This document shows positions 36,515 through 39,016 of a DNA stretch of 39,016 nt, piece after piece; position 1 is the stretch's first letter; each line of letters opens with the position of its first letter. The stretch spans positions 1-39,016 of the forward strand of contig CAZMBO010000009.1 in NCBI GenBank assembly GCA_964564655.1. Direction: 5' to 3'. Both the position numbers and the translations under genes were made by a program. The notes under the pieces are model-generated. The model had not been told where the DNA came from and did not search any database. It was given only the letters and a program-made list of their open reading frames with translations. The stretch comes from an uncultured Nitrospina sp. Its GTDB lineage: Bacteria > Nitrospinota > Nitrospinia > Nitrospinales > VA-1.

Positions 36515-38518
36515 TTGCATTTAAGGTGCCCTTTGATATTTGTTGAGAAGATAAATAAACAGTTTGGCTCAAAGATCATTTTTCGGGATGTGAGTTTTCA
36601 TTTGCGTCCCAAGGAGAAGGTTGGGCTGATTGGCGAAAATGGTACCGGCAAAACTACATTGTTTAAAGTCATCACTGGAAGGGAATCTTTGGATTCCGGG
36701 CAAGTGACATTAAGGAAAGGTCTACGTTACGGCCTGCTGGAGCAGGATCAGGAGGGGGGCGAGGAATCGGTATTAGAAAGAGTGGTTCTGGGTGATCCTT
36801 ATTTTTTGCAAGTGAAAAACGAAATGGAAAAGCTAGAAGCGGATCAAAAATTCCAGGATCGCTACGGCATGTTGCAGCATGAATTTGAGCGGCTTGGTGG
36901 TTATGATCGCGAAGCAAGGGCTAAAATTATTTTGCAGGGATTGGGTTTCAAGTTAGGACAGTGGGAGAAACCATTGAACCAACTTTCCGGGGGTTGGCGC
37001 ATGCGGGTAGAGTTATCGAGAATCTTACTTCAGCATCCCGATGTATTACTCCTTGATGAACCTTCAAATCATCTCGATTTACAGTCGGTGATCTGGTTGG
37101 AATCTTTTTTGCAATCATATGAGGGCAGTATCCTTCTAATTTCCCATGATAGGAAATTTCTTAATACACTCACTACCCGTATTTTTGAATTGGATCGAGC
37201 AACATTAACGGTCTATTCTGGCAATTATGATGACTATGAAAAACAAAAGGAAAGTCAACGAGCGCAACTCGAATCGCAGGCGGCAAATCAAAGTCGGCGC
37301 ATTGCAGAGGTAGAGCGATTTATAGAAAGGTTCCGCGCCAAAAATACAAAAGCGACGCAAGTGCAAAGCAGGATAAAAATGCTGGATAAAATAGAGCGAG
37401 TAAAAACTGCTGAAAGTAGTAAGTCGATTCATTTTAGGTTTCCACAACCGGTGAGAACGGGACGAAATGTTCTGGAGATGGACAAAGTGACTAAATATTT
37501 TGGTGCTTTGAAAGTGTATGAGAATTTCTCGATAACACTAGAAAGGGGATGCAAGGTAGCTTTAGCAGGCGAAAATGGAGCAGGAAAATCAACATTGCTT
37601 AAAATGATGGCAGGTGTGCTCTTACCTGATAGTGGGGAAGTGAGGCAAGGTGTTAAAGTCTCCCGGTCTTATTTTGCACAACATCAGGGAGAATTGCTTA
37701 ATTTTAGTCACACCGTTTTAGAATCTTTGCAGGAGTCGGCTTCTGGACTTTTACGGACTCAACAACGAAACATTCTCGGTGCATTTCTGTTCTCCGGAGA
37801 CGATGTCGAGAAAAAAGTTTCGGTATTATCTGGAGGTGAAAAATCCCGATTGGCTTTAGCCCGAATGCTTTGTGGCAACGTTGCACCTTGGAACAAGGCT
37901 TCGTTGCCAACAGATACAGAAGCTTTAGCGCCACCTTCGTTAATTTTATTGGATGAGCCGACCAACCATCTCGACATTCGCTCACGGGAACACCTTGCTG
38001 CTGTTCTTGCCGATTATGAGGGCAGCCTGGTGATCATTTCGCATGACCGGTTTTTTCTAGATGGTTTCGTCAATAAAGTTTGGGAGATCTGCAACGGAAA
38101 AGTGCGTGAATACGACGGAAACTATAGTGAATATGAAGATGCTAAATCAGAAGGCGAGCTGGTAGAAGAAAAGGGGCAAGCAAGACGTGTCGAAAAAAAC
38201 GCTCCAACCAGTTCTACATTGGAAAAGGAAAGAAAAAGGAAAGAGGCGGAAGAGCGGAACTTGCGCTATAAGAAATTAAAACCGTTAGAGACTCGGTTAG
38301 AAGAAGTGGAGAATCGTTTGGAGACTTTGATGGTAGAAAACGAAAAACTTCAGTCGGAACTTGTCGATTCCGGTATTTATGAGGAGGCCCAAAAAGATCG
38401 TTTGATGAAGACTATGGAACAGCAGCGAAATCTTAACGATGAAGAACAAACTTTAATGAAAGAGTGGGATGAGCTGACTCTGTCTATTGAAGAAGTCCAA
38501 AAAAACTTAATACCTTAG
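36515..38518 (+). CDS. ABC-F family ATPase (two tandem ABC domains, no TM domain, C-terminal coiled coil)
   Basis: Domain 1: GENGTGKTT / LSGGWRMRV / LLLDEPSNHLD. Domain 2: GENGAGKST / LSGGEKSRL / LILLDEPTNHLD. A Lys/Glu-rich coiled-coil tail follows. Domain 2 carries an 18-aa insertion between the signature motif and Walker B. Confidence 0.9.
   Translation: MHLRCPLIFVEKINKQFGSKIIFRDVSFHLRPKEKVGLIGENGTGKTTLFKVITGRESLDSGQVTLRKGLRYGLLEQDQEGGEESVLERVVLGDPYFLQVKNEMEKLEADQKFQDRYGMLQHEFERLGGYDREARAKIILQGLGFKLGQWEKPLNQLSGGWRMRVELSRILLQHPDVLLLDEPSNHLDLQSVIWLESFLQSYEGSILLISHDRKFLNTLTTRIFELDRATLTVYSGNYDDYEKQKESQRAQLESQAANQSRRIAEVERFIERFRAKNTKATQVQSRIKMLDKIERVKTAESSKSIHFRFPQPVRTGRNVLEMDKVTKYFGALKVYENFSITLERGCKVALAGENGAGKSTLLKMMAGVLLPDSGEVRQGVKVSRSYFAQHQGELLNFSHTVLESLQESASGLLRTQQRNILGAFLFSGDDVEKKVSVLSGGEKSRLALARMLCGNVAPWNKASLPTDTEALAPPSLILLDEPTNHLDIRSREHLAAVLADYEGSLVIISHDRFFLDGFVNKVWEICNGKVREYDGNYSEYEDAKSEGELVEEKGQARRVEKNAPTSSTLEKERKRKEAEERNLRYKKLKPLETRLEEVENRLETLMVENEKLQSELVDSGIYEEAQKDRLMKTMEQQRNLNDEEQTLMKEWDELTLSIEEVQKNLIP
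37874..37908. repeat. Imperfect 35-nt palindrome inside the ABC-F coding sequence
   Basis: The sequence is GGCAACG-ttgca-CCTTG-gaa-CAAGG-ctt-CGTTGCC. That gives a 7-bp outer stem and a 5-bp inner stem. It lies entirely within the extra 18 codons of ABC domain 2. Confidence 0.7.
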
Positions 38519-38536
38519 GGTTTTATGAGATATCTG

Positions 38537-39013
38537 CTATTTGGTTCCCATTTTAGCAGGTTGAGCCTTTACCCACTGAACAACCCCTTCCCAAATGTAC
38601 GCAGAGCGATTGTCGCGTTTGACGACAAGCCATTTTTTATTATTGAGCTCGATATTTGTTCGTCGTATGAATTCAAGTTCGACTCCCTTGCTCAGTTCTA
38701 CGATTTTCGGAAAAACAGTTCCAGGGCCTTTTCGAAGAGCAGCGCCATCCACTATAACTTTTAAAAACTTTTTGGAGTCTAACAACATTGAGTTCGAAGG
38801 TGCTACGGATTCTGAAATGATCTTTGCTTCTGAAATTTTAGGTAGAACCGGAGAGACAGCAGGCTTAGTTTGTAGGGTTGATAGTTTGGGTGCGACAGAT
38901 GTTCTTTTTGGAGGAGTAGGTATGGGTTTTTGGGTAGAAGGCGGTAAAGGTGCAAATTCATCACTGGAATCTGAAAATTTGACGAATATGGGATTAGAAA
39001 CCAAATGGTTCAT
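38537..39013 (-). CDS. Pro-rich protein with a C-terminal bacterial SH3-like domain (possibly truncated at the window edge)
   Basis: The C-terminus VIVDGAALRKGPGTVFPKIVELSKGVELEFI...KKWLVVKRDNRSAYIWEGVV resembles the SH3_3/SH3b pattern. The upstream half is Pro/Ser/Thr-rich. The ATG at 39013 is 3 nt from the window end, and the frame is still open there. Confidence 0.6.
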   Translation of the reverse strand: MNHLVSNPIFVKFSDSSDEFAPLPPSTQKPIPTPPKRTSVAPKLSTLQTKPAVSPVLPKISEAKIISESVAPSNSMLLDSKKFLKVIVDGAALRKGPGTVFPKIVELSKGVELEFIRRTNIELNNKKWLVVKRDNRSAYIWEGVVQWVKAQPAKMGTK

Positions 39014-39016
39014 TGA

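Overview
The window is a compact bacterial chromosomal segment with short intergenic gaps and fairly low GC by eye. I call about 36 protein genes and 3 tRNA genes. The host looks like a diderm bacterium, because it encodes SspB, ElbB, a TonB C-terminal domain protein, a sigma-54 activator and a tRNA-His with an encoded G-1. I cannot assign a taxon from sequence alone.

Most of the content is housekeeping: smc, pyrF, a dinG-family helicase, mnmE, leuCD (type 2), a fused aroD-aroE, an ABC-F ATPase, a Nif3-family gene, a Nudix CoA pyrophosphatase and an ArsC/Spx-family gene. I found no CRISPR array, transposase, integrase, prophage genes or rRNA.

The parts worth a second look are:
1. An exported two-gene cassette (28838-30526): an FGE-sulfatase-fold protein without the catalytic Cys pair, followed by an RI-like leucine-rich-repeat (LRR) protein with a His/Gly-rich low-complexity segment.
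2. A second, apparently cytoplasmic, 14-repeat LRR paralogue next to smc.
3. A sensor-domain-less sigma-54 activator behind a consensus sigma-70 promoter with an almost leaderless start. It diverges from a 434-aa uncharacterised protein with a degenerate NTP-transferase-like region.
4. An in-frame 18-codon insertion containing an imperfect palindrome, between the signature motif and Walker B of the second ABC-F domain.
5. A 28-codon upstream ORF overlapping the leuC start, at the end of a 609-bp A/T-rich intergenic region.
6. Several gene fusions and orphan transporter components.

I did not find a clearly delimited novel multi-gene system. The candidates above are hypotheses built from motif reading, not from database searches.
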